A DNA stretch of 64,000 nucleotides, taken from the NCBI GenBank assembly GCA_963816145.1, contig CAWFJP010000003.1, positions 839,848 through 903,847 on the forward strand. Reading direction: 5' to 3'. Positions 20,869-30,440 of this stretch are shown piece after piece. Every line of letters begins with the position of its first letter. Within the stretch, counting starts at the first letter, position 1. Both the position numbers and the translations under genes were made by a program. The notes under the pieces were generated by a model. The model had not been told where the DNA came from. It searched no databases and saw nothing but the letters and a program-made list of their open reading frames with translations. This DNA comes from an uncultured delta proteobacterium (GTDB taxonomy: Bacteria > Desulfobacterota > Binatia > UBA9968).

Positions 20869-21849
20869 TTATTTCATCCCCAACTCCTGCAATGCTTCTC
20901 GCAAGATACTAAAATCGACCACTCGCGCCACCGCCACCGGCTCTTTCACCTGTTGATCGCGCCGCGCCCGCTCGATGTCGCTCTCCAAGACCCGCTCGCC
21001 AACGATACCGTTCGAGCTCATGCCTTTGACGTAAATATCATAGGATGCTTCGGCGATACCGGGTTCGAGTTTCAACCAATCGGCGATGATGCGGACACTG
21101 TCGGCTTTGTTGCCGCGAATAAAACTCTGCGCTTTCAAAAGCGCGCGCAGCATTTTTTTGACCTGCGCCGGTTTGTCCCTCAAGGTGTCATTGTGCAGCG
21201 CCAGTCCCGAGACACTAGTCTCGAACACATCCGCTGCGGCGACCAATCGCACGAAGCCTTTGCTTTCCGCCTCGAAATTGAACGGCGGCGGCACGATCGC
21301 CGCGTCGAGTTTGCCGCTGAGCAAGGCTTGCAGGCGTTGGCCGCTGCCCGAGACTTGGAAAGCCTGGACATCTTTTTCGAGCCCCATTCCAGCCTGGCTG
21401 AGCATGGCGCGCAGCATGAATTCGGTGGAATCGCCATAACCGGCAAAGCCGATCACTTTGCCGCGGAGGTCGGCTACAGATTTCAACTCGCGCTTGGCGA
21501 CCAACACATGGAGCGGACGGCCGTTGAAGTAGGTCACGATCTTGATCGGCAACCCCTTCACGCCGGCGCGCAACGCGGCGCCGACGGCGGTGGTGTAGCC
21601 GATCTCTTTTGTCGTGACGGCGACGAGACCGACATTGGTGGCGATGCGAATTATTTCAGCATCGATGCCTTCCTCGCGAAAAAAGCCCTTGGCGTAGGCC
21701 ACCTGCGGCGCGACAAAACTCAATGACAGGCTCGGCATGCCGATGCGAACCTTTTCCAAATTTTGCGCGCCAACGCTTTGTGCCCAGGCCAGGATCAAAA
21801 CCAATAAAACGCTGCGAACGAGTATCATGCCAAGTTGCTCAACTTTCAT
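20869..21849 (-). CDS. ABC substrate-binding protein, NitT/TauT family
   Basis: GFFREEGID, DLRGKVIG, RLQALLSG. Confidence 0.88.
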   Translation of the reverse strand: MKVEQLGMILVRSVLLVLILAWAQSVGAQNLEKVRIGMPSLSLSFVAPQVAYAKGFFREEGIDAEIIRIATNVGLVAVTTKEIGYTTAVGAALRAGVKGLPIKIVTYFNGRPLHVLVAKRELKSVADLRGKVIGFAGYGDSTEFMLRAMLSQAGMGLEKDVQAFQVSGSGQRLQALLSGKLDAAIVPPPFNFEAESKGFVRLVAAADVFETSVSGLALHNDTLRDKPAQVKKMLRALLKAQSFIRGNKADSVRIIADWLKLEPGIAEASYDIYVKGMSSNGIVGERVLESDIERARRDQQVKEPVAVARVVDFSILREALQELGMK

Positions 21850-22814
21850 TTGCCTTTAATCCCAAGCTCTCGTTGCGCCTCGCGCAAAGGCGTCAGATCC
21901 GCCACCTCGCCCACGGCGATCTCCCGGCTGATATTGGCTTCGCTGCGAGCCTGCTCCAGCACCAGACGCAAACCGCTCTCCGGAATCGTGCCATCGGCGT
22001 TGAAGACCTTCACTGCGGCATCGTATGCCGCAGTGGCGGAGTTGCGGTCGGTGCGCCCCCAGGCGGTGAGAATTTGAATCGACTCATCACGATTGTCGCG
22101 AATAAAGCGATTGGCGCGCACAAACGCTTTGAGCGTGCGCTTCACTTCGTCCGGCTTGTCGCTGAGTTTCTTTGTGCTCGTTCCCAGGCCGACAAACGGA
22201 AAAGTAAAGATTTCGTAGGCGCGGGCTAAAATATTGAATCCCGCTTTTCTCCCTTCGGAGTCCATCGGCGGCGCGATCACCGCGACATCGACAATGCCCT
22301 CCTTCAACGCCGCAAAGCGGGCGCGATCGGGACCCAGGGCGACGATCTTCATCTGTTTCTCCGGATCGACGCCGTAATGTTTGATCATCATCCGCCCGGC
22401 AATATCGTCGGACGCGCCGTAGGACCCCACCCCCATGGTTTTGCCGCGCAAATCTTTGACCGATTTGAATTCTGGCCGGGCGATCAAAGCATGGGTAGAG
22501 CCGTCGATCCAGCTCGCCACCACCCGCACCGGCAGGCCACGCACCGCCGCGCGCACCACCGAACCGAACACCGTCGTGTAATCGATATCGCCGCTCGCCA
22601 GCGCCGTGATCGACACCGGCGGGCGCATGCCGATGATCTCCGGCTCCAACCCTTCGTCGCGGAAGTAGCCTTTTTTGGCGGCGACGCCGGCGGTCATGAA
22701 CGAAACGTTGAAGTTCGCCACCGCGATGCGAATCTTGTCCGCCGCGAAACTCTGCCGCGACCCAGGGCAGACAAGCGCCGCGCTTGCGAGGAACGCCAGA
22801 AAGGTTTTTCTCAT
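21846..22814 (-). CDS. ABC substrate-binding protein, NitT/TauT family
   Basis: GYFRDEGLE, ALASGDIDY, DLRGKTMG; close paralogue of 13629-14609. Confidence 0.88.
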   Translation of the reverse strand: MRKTFLAFLASAALVCPGSRQSFAADKIRIAVANFNVSFMTAGVAAKKGYFRDEGLEPEIIGMRPPVSITALASGDIDYTTVFGSVVRAAVRGLPVRVVASWIDGSTHALIARPEFKSVKDLRGKTMGVGSYGASDDIAGRMMIKHYGVDPEKQMKIVALGPDRARFAALKEGIVDVAVIAPPMDSEGRKAGFNILARAYEIFTFPFVGLGTSTKKLSDKPDEVKRTLKAFVRANRFIRDNRDESIQILTAWGRTDRNSATAAYDAAVKVFNADGTIPESGLRLVLEQARSEANISREIAVGEVADLTPLREAQRELGIKGK

Positions 22815-22820
22815 TGGGAA

Positions 22821-23312
22821 TCAGTCCTTCGACTTGGGATCGCCTTGCGCCGCTTCGAGAATCGATTGGGCGATGGCGCCGTAGGCGCCGCAACGGCAGA
22901 TGTTGCCGCTGAGCCATTCGCCGATCTGCTCGCGGGTGGGATCGGGATTTTCCAAAAGAAGCGCTTTTGCCGCCATGATTTGCCCCGGCGTGCAGTAGCC
23001 GCATTGAGCGCCGATGTTGCGGATGAATGCCTCTTGCAGCGAGTCCAGTTTGTCGCCTTGAGCGACGCCTTCGATGGTCAGCACCGACTTGCCGCTCGCT
23101 TCGAACGCCAAGTAGTTGCAAGAACTCACCGGCCGGCCGTCGACCAGCACAGTGCAGACGCCGCAGACTTCCGACTCGCAGGAGCGCTTGGTGCCGGTGA
23201 GTTTGAGCCGAGAACGGAGAAACTCAAGCAGGGTGACTTCGATCGCTACTTCGCCGGACCAGGGTTTGCCATTGACGCTGAATGATAAATTGAATGTACT
23301 TCGCGCTTCCAT
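22821..23312 (-). CDS. (2Fe-2S) small subunit, CoxS/XdhC-like
   Basis: CESEVCGVC, QCGYCTPG, NICRC. Confidence 0.9.
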   Translation of the reverse strand: MEARSTFNLSFSVNGKPWSGEVAIEVTLLEFLRSRLKLTGTKRSCESEVCGVCTVLVDGRPVSSCNYLAFEASGKSVLTIEGVAQGDKLDSLQEAFIRNIGAQCGYCTPGQIMAAKALLLENPDPTREQIGEWLSGNICRCGAYGAIAQSILEAAQGDPKSKD

Positions 23313-23442
23313 TTTTTTAATAATCCGCCCGCTTAGCTGACCGATCCCCAATCCGATATCCTCCCCCGCGACGGGGGAGGATTAAGGTGGGGGTTCGTCC
23401 TCGCAACTAAATCATGCCCCCATCCTAACCTTCCCCCGTCGA

Positions 23443-23574
23443 TAGACTGTGTCGCAACTGTCATTTCGAGGTGAAGCCGAGAAATCTCTTCTTCGTATGT
23501 GGCTGAAAACACGAGATCCCTCGCTGCACTCGGGATGACAGATGTGGGGCATTTGCGCATTACGACACAGCCTC
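23443..23574 (-). mobile_element. 132-bp MITE, copy 3
   Basis: Reverse-complement copy; TCGA duplicated on both sides. Confidence 0.85.
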
Positions 23575-23595
23575 TCGAACGGGGGAAGGCATCAC

Positions 23596-24462
23596 TCAAT
23601 CTTCGAGAATCACGCTCGCCTGCTCCAACGTATCACCGAGCATGACCCCGGTCATATACAACTTATACTCGGCGCTCCCGAGCAGATCATCCACTGGTCG
23701 CAGAAGCTCGCGCAAATACTTTTTCTCTTCCGCAACAACCTTTTTTGCATCGGCCAACGTCACGCCACCAAGCTTCCCCTCCAGCTCCGCCAAGCGCTGC
23801 GCCTTCGGTCCGACACAGCCCACAGCCAAACGCGCCTCGGCGATCATTTCATTATCGACTCTCACCGCAACGGCGACGCCGAGCGTCGGGCGCTGATAGC
23901 GATGTAATCGCTGGTACGCGCTCATCATGCCATCGGGCAACCACGGCACTTCGACCTCCAACAGTAGATCGCCAGCTTCGAGCGCCGTGGCGTACATGTC
24001 GACGAAGAATGTATCTAAGCCAATCCGCCGCTCGCCCGTATCGTTACCGATGACCACCGAAGAATTGTGAACCAACAGCACCGTGCCCGGATCGGAGTGC
24101 GGATCGTTGAACGCCAGATTGCCGCCCAAGGTGCCTTGATTGCGCACGCGGATATTGGCCACCTGCGACTCGGCGTAAGCCAGCGCCGGCGCGTGCTGGC
24201 GCAAGAGCGGGTTTGCCGCCAACTCGCGATGAGTCACGCAGGCGCCGATGCGGAGCAAGCCATCTGCCAAACTCACCGCATGAAGCCGGGCGATGTTTTT
24301 GACGTCAATCAACACCTCCGCGTCGAGCAAGCCGTTGCGCAACAGTAGCAACAGCTCTGCGCCGCCGGCGTAGAGCTTCGCCTTGTCGCCGAACTCGGCG
24401 AGCGCGCGCGACGCTTCAGCGACAGTGCTTGGCTGCAATAATTGTAAAGGCTGCAACATCAT
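23596..24462 (-). CDS. FAD-binding medium subunit, CoxM/XdhB-like
   Basis: YAGGAEL, VRNQGTLGGNL, SAEYK. Confidence 0.9.
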   Translation of the reverse strand: MMLQPLQLLQPSTVAEASRALAEFGDKAKLYAGGAELLLLLRNGLLDAEVLIDVKNIARLHAVSLADGLLRIGACVTHRELAANPLLRQHAPALAYAESQVANIRVRNQGTLGGNLAFNDPHSDPGTVLLVHNSSVVIGNDTGERRIGLDTFFVDMYATALEAGDLLLEVEVPWLPDGMMSAYQRLHRYQRPTLGVAVAVRVDNEMIAEARLAVGCVGPKAQRLAELEGKLGGVTLADAKKVVAEEKKYLRELLRPVDDLLGSAEYKLYMTGVMLGDTLEQASVILED

Positions 24463-24679
24463 TAATCCCAATCAACCGGCGAATCGGACGAAATCTTACT
24501 TCATCGCCCGCTGGGAGAGGAGTGAGGTGAGGGCATCTGGTAGGGGCGACCGGCAAACGCCCTTGCCCTCACCCAGGCCCTCTCCCGGAGGGTGAGGGTA
24601 AAAGAACTGCGCTTCACACCAGCCCGCTAATCCGAATCCGAAAAACATTCTCCATTCTCCATTATCAATTTTCCATTAT

Positions 24680-26989
24680 TCAGATTCTCCCCATCGCCCG
24701 CAGAATCTTCTCCGGCGTGATCGGCAACGATCGGACTCTGACTCCAAGAGCGTCATAGACGGCGTTGCCGATGGCCGGAGCGACAGTGACGATCGAGGTC
24801 TGCGCCATGCCCTTGGATCCAAAGGGGCCTGGGCCGTCGCCCTTTTCCAGCATCGACGAGTTAAATTTCTCCGGCAGATCCTGCATCACCGGCAGGCGAT
24901 ACTGAAACGGATCGCCATTTTGAAACTGCCCGTCTTGATAGATCGTTTCTTCGAACAGCGCATGACCGAAGCCCATCACGGCGCCGCCGTCCACTTGTGA
25001 CTTCGCCGACGGGTAATGAATCGCTTTACCGGCGTCGGCGATCACCGCGTAGCCGAGCACGCGCAGCTCGCCGCTGTTGCGGTTCACTTCGATCTCCACG
25101 GCGGCGCCGCTCGGCGCCCAGTGATCCATGCCGGTGAATGCCGATTCTTTAACCATGGGCGGCACGCTGTGATAGCCGACCGCCTTGAGGACCACGCTGT
25201 TACCGACCACACGGATAATTTCGTTGATCGAAAAACTGCTCTCACCCCAGCAAAGCCGCCCGTCGACGATTTGCCACTGGTCCGGTTCGCCGCCCTTGAC
25301 TTGAGCGGCGAGCGACAGCAGATCCGCTTTGATAGTCTTGCAGGCGTTATGCACGGCGTTGCCCATCTGCATGGTGGTGCGCTGGGCGCTGACGCCGGCG
25401 AAGGGCAAATTTACCGCGGTGTCCGGCGTCTTCACCCGAATCTGACTTTGCGGAATATTTAGCGTCTCGGCGGCGACGACACTGAAAAGATTATGCGTAC
25501 CCTGGCCGATTTCCGGCGCGTTGTGTTGCACGGTGACGATGCCGCGCGCGTCCATTGTCACCAGCGCGTACGCGCGCCCGCCGCCCTGGGAGCCATGGCG
25601 CAGACTGAGCGCCATACCTCGCCCGCGCACCCAGGGCGAGCCCTTCGCAGAATTTGTTTTCTGCGCGAGATTCGCTTTGCCGTCCCAACCGATGCCGGCG
25701 ATCGCTTCCTGCATCAAGTCTAGATAGTCGGTGTCCATCTTCGGCGTGCCGGTGCAAACAAAATCGCCGCGCAGCAGCACATTCTTCTTGCGAAAATCAT
25801 AGGGATCGATGCCCAGCTGGCGCGCCACGCTGTCCATGGTGCATTCTATGCCCCAGGTGGTTTGAATCTTGCCGGTGGCGCGCGTGTGGCCGGCCGGCAC
25901 TTTGTTGGTGTACACGCCTTTGCCACGGATGCGCAGATGCGGCAGACGATAGCAGCCCCAGGCGGAGATCACCGAATTGTGCACCGCCGTCAGACCGCCC
26001 GTGGTGTAAGCGCCGGTGTCGACCACCAGCTCGACGTCGAGCGCAGTCAACGTGCCGTCGGCTTTGACACCGACCTTGGCTTTGAACACTTCGGCGTGGC
26101 GCGAGTTCTGTCGGAAACTTTCTTCCGCCGACGGGATCAAGCGCACGGGCCGGCCGACTTTGCGCGATAAGAATAGCGCAGCAAAATGCGCCGGCGTCGG
26201 AATCTTCGAGCCGAAGCCGCCGCCGACGTACGGCACGCGGACGCGAACTCTGTCAGGCTCGATGCCGAGAAAGTGCGCGAACTCCGCCGCATCACGGGTC
26301 GGTGAGCTGGTGGGGATCCAGATATTCGCCTCGCCATGGAGATAATGCGCGAGAAAGCCGCCCACCGGCTCCATCGGGTGATGGAACATGGATGGCGATG
26401 AGAACGTTTCTTCGAAGATGCGGTCCGCTTGTTTGAAACCTTCGTCGACATCTCCCCAAACCAGACTATCTTCGGCGAGGAGATTGCTGCCACGCGCTTC
26501 ATGCAAGATCGGTGCACCGGGCGCCAGCGCGTCAATCGCATCGAACACCGGAGGTAGCGGCTCGTATTCGACATGAATCTTCTTCAGCGCCTTTTGCGCC
26601 GTGCGCAGATCTTCAGCGACGACCACGGCCACCAGATCGCCGTCGTAGCGAACTTTCTCAGTGGCAACGAAATCCTGATCGTCGACGCCCTTGAGATGCT
26701 CATGGGGCGCCAGCTTCAGCCGCGGATTGACGCCGTCGAGATGTTCCCGGTCGACGACAGCCAAAACGCCGGGCACTTTCAGAGCTTCCGACGAGTCCAG
26801 ACTTCGAATGCGCGCATGCGAGTAGGGACTCAACAACGCCGCGCCGAATACCGTCCCGGGCAGGTCGGGCAAGTCCTCGACGTACTGCGCCGCCCCCGTG
26901 ACCTTATCGCGCATATCGATGCGGGGAGCCAAATCAATTTTCGTCCGCGGGGCCGCTTTTAGATTTTGGATTTTGGATTCCATGCTCAT
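24680..26989 (-). CDS. Xanthine dehydrogenase family molybdopterin subunit (degenerate active-site motifs)
   Basis: KVTGAAQY, VGGGFGSK, EIGQG, GPFGSKGMAQ. Confidence 0.88.
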   Translation of the reverse strand: MSMESKIQNLKAAPRTKIDLAPRIDMRDKVTGAAQYVEDLPDLPGTVFGAALLSPYSHARIRSLDSSEALKVPGVLAVVDREHLDGVNPRLKLAPHEHLKGVDDQDFVATEKVRYDGDLVAVVVAEDLRTAQKALKKIHVEYEPLPPVFDAIDALAPGAPILHEARGSNLLAEDSLVWGDVDEGFKQADRIFEETFSSPSMFHHPMEPVGGFLAHYLHGEANIWIPTSSPTRDAAEFAHFLGIEPDRVRVRVPYVGGGFGSKIPTPAHFAALFLSRKVGRPVRLIPSAEESFRQNSRHAEVFKAKVGVKADGTLTALDVELVVDTGAYTTGGLTAVHNSVISAWGCYRLPHLRIRGKGVYTNKVPAGHTRATGKIQTTWGIECTMDSVARQLGIDPYDFRKKNVLLRGDFVCTGTPKMDTDYLDLMQEAIAGIGWDGKANLAQKTNSAKGSPWVRGRGMALSLRHGSQGGGRAYALVTMDARGIVTVQHNAPEIGQGTHNLFSVVAAETLNIPQSQIRVKTPDTAVNLPFAGVSAQRTTMQMGNAVHNACKTIKADLLSLAAQVKGGEPDQWQIVDGRLCWGESSFSINEIIRVVGNSVVLKAVGYHSVPPMVKESAFTGMDHWAPSGAAVEIEVNRNSGELRVLGYAVIADAGKAIHYPSAKSQVDGGAVMGFGHALFEETIYQDGQFQNGDPFQYRLPVMQDLPEKFNSSMLEKGDGPGPFGSKGMAQTSIVTVAPAIGNAVYDALGVRVRSLPITPEKILRAMGRI

Positions 26990-26997
26990 TCTAGGCA

Positions 26998-27062
26998 CGT
27001 AAGGGGTGAGGCGTCAGGAGTAAGGGGTCCGGACGCCTCACCCTTCACCCTTTACCCCTTAC
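26998..27062. repeat. 7-bp-period palindromic repeat
   Basis: gtaaggggtgaggcgtcaggagtaaggggt...acgcctcacccttcaccctttaccccttac. Confidence 0.7.
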
Positions 27063-29343
27063 GATTCTTGATTCCGTTTCGTACCACTTCCGGCACCAGC
27101 GGCACGGTCTGTATTCTCACTCCAGTGGCGGCGAATACCGCGTTGCCGACCGCCGGCGCGACGGGGAGTATCCCGCCCTCGCCCATGCCTTTGGCGCCAT
27201 ACGGTCCGGGACCTCCTCCGCCTTCCATGATGTAGGTTGAAAACGTCGGTGGCAGATCGCCAAAACGCGGCAAACGGTAATCGATCAAACTGCCGTTGAG
27301 CAACTGGCCGTCTTGATAGGCGAGATCTTCGAACAGCGCCTGGCCCAAACCGAACACCGCCGCCCCTTCGTCCTGGCCGTGGCATTGCAGCGGGTTGATC
27401 ATCTTGCCGGCGTCGGTGAGCGAGACGTAGCGCAGCAATTTCACTTCGCCGGTTTCGACATCGACTTCCACTTCGGCCGCACCGAAACCGATTTCCCAAA
27501 ACGGCGAGGGAAAACCGAGCGGCACATTCTTGTCTTTCTCGATCTTGAAGTAGCCGCGGCCCCAGATCTCGCCCTCCGATTCTCTGAAATGGCGCTGCAT
27601 CACTTCGCGAAAACTGAGTCGCTGCTCGCCATAGCTGGCGACGCCGTTGTCCAAAACCACCTGATCGATCGGCGCTTTCAACACCGTTGCCGCCGCTTCG
27701 ATAAACTGGCGCCGCGCATCCCGCGCCGCTTTGAGCACCGCCTGGCCCATGATCGAAGTGGCACTGCTGGCATTGGTGCCTTTGTCGAACGGCGTGTAAT
27801 GGGTGTCCAACGCGGCAACGCGCACCTGGGACGCCGGCATCGCCAACTCCTCGGCGACCACCTGCAAAAACGCCGTGCGCATGCCCTGGCCGACTTCGAC
27901 GGAACCGGTGGACAACAGCGCGCTGCCGTCAAAAAATATTTTCACCGACGCGTTGGCCGGTTTGTTGGTCCCGCCGCCGTCTTTCATCGCCGTGGCGATG
28001 CCGATGCCGCGCCGTTTGGGGCCGGCACTCTGATGGCTGTCAGGACGGGCATCCCAACCGATCGCTTGCGCGACGCTGCGCAAACCGGCTTTGAGATCGC
28101 AATCGATGGGGGTATCCGCCGGAGAAAAACTCTCCCCTCTATCGAGCAGGTTTTTCATTCTGATTTCAATTGGGTCCATGCCTAAACGGTGAGCGATCAT
28201 GTCGATATGGGTTTCGTAAGCGTAGGCCACCTGGGGCCCGCCGAAACCTCGGAATGCACCGCCAGGCACGGTGTTGGTATAGACGGAATAAGCGTTGGTC
28301 AGCACATAGGGCAGGCGATACGGGCCATGAGCGCGGTAGCCGGCTTTTTCGGTGACGGAAGGCCCGGAGTTGGCGTAGGCGCCGCCGTCGAGATAGACCT
28401 CGCAATGGCGCGCGACGAACGCGCCGTCTTTTTTCACGCCGGTTTTCAAGGTCATTTTGGCGCGCGGCTGGCAAATCGTTTTAAAGGTTTCCTCGGCGCC
28501 GAAGGCGAGCTTGACCGGCCGGCCGGTCATTTTCGACAAGCAACCGGCGATCCCTTCGGTCTTGATGCCGCTCTTGGCGCCGTAACCGCCGCCGACGCTG
28601 GGCACGATCACGCGCACGGCGCTGAACGGCAAACCGAACAAACGCGCCAGCTCCTGGCGCACCGGAAACGGGCTCTGGGTCGCCGACCAGACGGTCAGCA
28701 CATCGCCCTCGAAATGCGCCACGCAGACATGGGGTTCCATCGGGTAGTGCTGGGCGCTGGGGAAATGAAAAGTGTCTTCAAAGATCAGATCAGACTGCTG
28801 AAATCCGGCAGCCACATCGCCCTTCTCATGGCGAAAATGCAGACAGATATTGCTGTCGTCGTGAACGATATGCGAGCCACCGCGACCGTAGCCTGGGTCT
28901 CTGCGTTCCAATCCTTCGTGCACCAGCGGCGCGCCCGGCGCCAACGCCGCTTCGATGGAAAATACGGCGGGCAATTCTTCATAATCGACTTCGATCAAGC
29001 TCGCCGCCTCTTGCGCGGTCGCGCCATCGACCGCGGCCACCGCAGCGACCATATCGCCGACGTAGCGCACCTTGTCCGTCGCGACAATCTGCTGGTCGCG
29101 CACGTAAGCGCCGAACGAATTGGACGCGACAGCAATCGTATCGCGGCTGAGGATCGCGAGCACCCCCGGCAGCGCGCTGGCCTTGCTGCTGTCGATACGC
29201 CGAATGCGCGCGTGGGGCATCGGGCTGCGCAGCACCTTGGCGATGGCCATGCCGGGCAGGCGCAAATCGCCGGCGTAGATCGCACGGCCCGAAACCTTGT
29301 CCACGCCGTCAATGCGGCGAACGTTAGTACCGACCGCGTTCAT
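27052..29343 (-). CDS. Xanthine dehydrogenase family molybdopterin subunit
   Basis: ATQSP, VGGGYGAK, AFRGFG, EVGQG, GAKGMGE. Confidence 0.9.
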   Translation of the reverse strand: MNAVGTNVRRIDGVDKVSGRAIYAGDLRLPGMAIAKVLRSPMPHARIRRIDSSKASALPGVLAILSRDTIAVASNSFGAYVRDQQIVATDKVRYVGDMVAAVAAVDGATAQEAASLIEVDYEELPAVFSIEAALAPGAPLVHEGLERRDPGYGRGGSHIVHDDSNICLHFRHEKGDVAAGFQQSDLIFEDTFHFPSAQHYPMEPHVCVAHFEGDVLTVWSATQSPFPVRQELARLFGLPFSAVRVIVPSVGGGYGAKSGIKTEGIAGCLSKMTGRPVKLAFGAEETFKTICQPRAKMTLKTGVKKDGAFVARHCEVYLDGGAYANSGPSVTEKAGYRAHGPYRLPYVLTNAYSVYTNTVPGGAFRGFGGPQVAYAYETHIDMIAHRLGMDPIEIRMKNLLDRGESFSPADTPIDCDLKAGLRSVAQAIGWDARPDSHQSAGPKRRGIGIATAMKDGGGTNKPANASVKIFFDGSALLSTGSVEVGQGMRTAFLQVVAEELAMPASQVRVAALDTHYTPFDKGTNASSATSIMGQAVLKAARDARRQFIEAAATVLKAPIDQVVLDNGVASYGEQRLSFREVMQRHFRESEGEIWGRGYFKIEKDKNVPLGFPSPFWEIGFGAAEVEVDVETGEVKLLRYVSLTDAGKMINPLQCHGQDEGAAVFGLGQALFEDLAYQDGQLLNGSLIDYRLPRFGDLPPTFSTYIMEGGGGPGPYGAKGMGEGGILPVAPAVGNAVFAATGVRIQTVPLVPEVVRNGIKNRKG

Positions 29344-29544
29344 TACTTCGATCCTCTCCCCGAACTGAACGACCCTCATTCCCGCTTTAGAGTCACCCCG
29401 GTGAAAACCGGGGTCCATCCCAATCCCCTTTACAGAGAAGCATTACGAAAATCAGGCCATCGCAATTCCGAACGTTGACAACGATCCGACCCTTCGGTTA
29501 AGTGATTTCACCGGAACAATTTTCATGCCGTGAAAGGAATTATC

Positions 29545-30283
29545 GTGGCCGAACATATCAAAATGACTGCGCAGGAAGCAAAACAAAAAGCCGAAGCGAT
29601 TCGCAAAGTCATCCTCGACACCTACCACAACGAAGTTAAGCCTTCACCGTTCTTCACCGATCTGCGCGCCGGCACGTTGTCGAAGGCGCGGCTTCAAGGT
29701 TGGATCACCAATTGGTACAGCTTCGCCCTCGAAGTCAACACCGGAATGGCCACGTCTTACCACCAGTTCGTCGGTTTTTTTAAGCGCCATCCCGAATTTG
29801 GAAAATCGCATCGCACAGAAGATCGGCGAAGAATTTACCACGCCCGCCATTGGCGGCCACGCGCGCATGCTGCCGATTCTCGGCAAAGCGCTTGGAGTGA
29901 CCGAGCAACAGATGATCGAATGCGAATTGATCCCCGAAGCGCGCGGCCTGGTGGATTTCTTCGTGCGCTCCTGGATCGATATCCCGCTTGCCGAATGCTA
30001 CGCCGTGCACATGGAAGAAGAGATCTTCGGCTTCATCTCCCGCGACTTCCGCCAAAGCCTGCCGAAATACGGCATCACCAACGAGGACATGAAATATTTC
30101 CGCGTCCATGAAGAAGCCGACCTCGACGAAGACCACGGCGGCACCAACCAAGCGATCCTCGAAGTCGCCCTGCAAGAAGGTTACGGCAACGAACGCGCCG
30201 GCTGGCCGCTGGAATACTGCGGCAAGATCGCCGTACAGATGATCGGCAATTTTTATGATGGAGTCTACCGGCGCTTCGCCTAG
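29545..30283 (+). CDS. TenA/PqqC/CADD-like heme-oxygenase-fold protein (frameshift at about 29800)
   Basis: Two overlapping ORFs join into one protein; PFF, EE...GH, YFRVHEEAD...DH motifs. Confidence 0.7.
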
Positions 30284-30294
30284 GCGAAGCGCCT

Positions 30295-30420
30295 GTTCAA
30301 ACCGTTCAAGTCGTTCAAAACGCTCAAGCCCCCTCCTGTCATCCTCCCCCGCGTCGCGGGGGAGGAAAGAGGTGGGGGTTTGAACGGCTTGAACGAAGCG
30401 CAGCGGTTGAACGATTTAAA
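30295..30420. repeat. Composite repeat: (GTTCAA)n + GC hairpin + (TTGAAC)n
   Basis: Same architecture as 19439-19600. Confidence 0.75.
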
Positions 30421-30440
30421 CCATCCCCGGAGGTTAAGAA

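Noticed and set aside
28189-29478. Long antisense ORFs (e.g. 625-1629, 14380-15297, 28189-29478)
   Set aside because: They are shadow frames of GC-rich genes on the opposite strand with no recognisable motifs.
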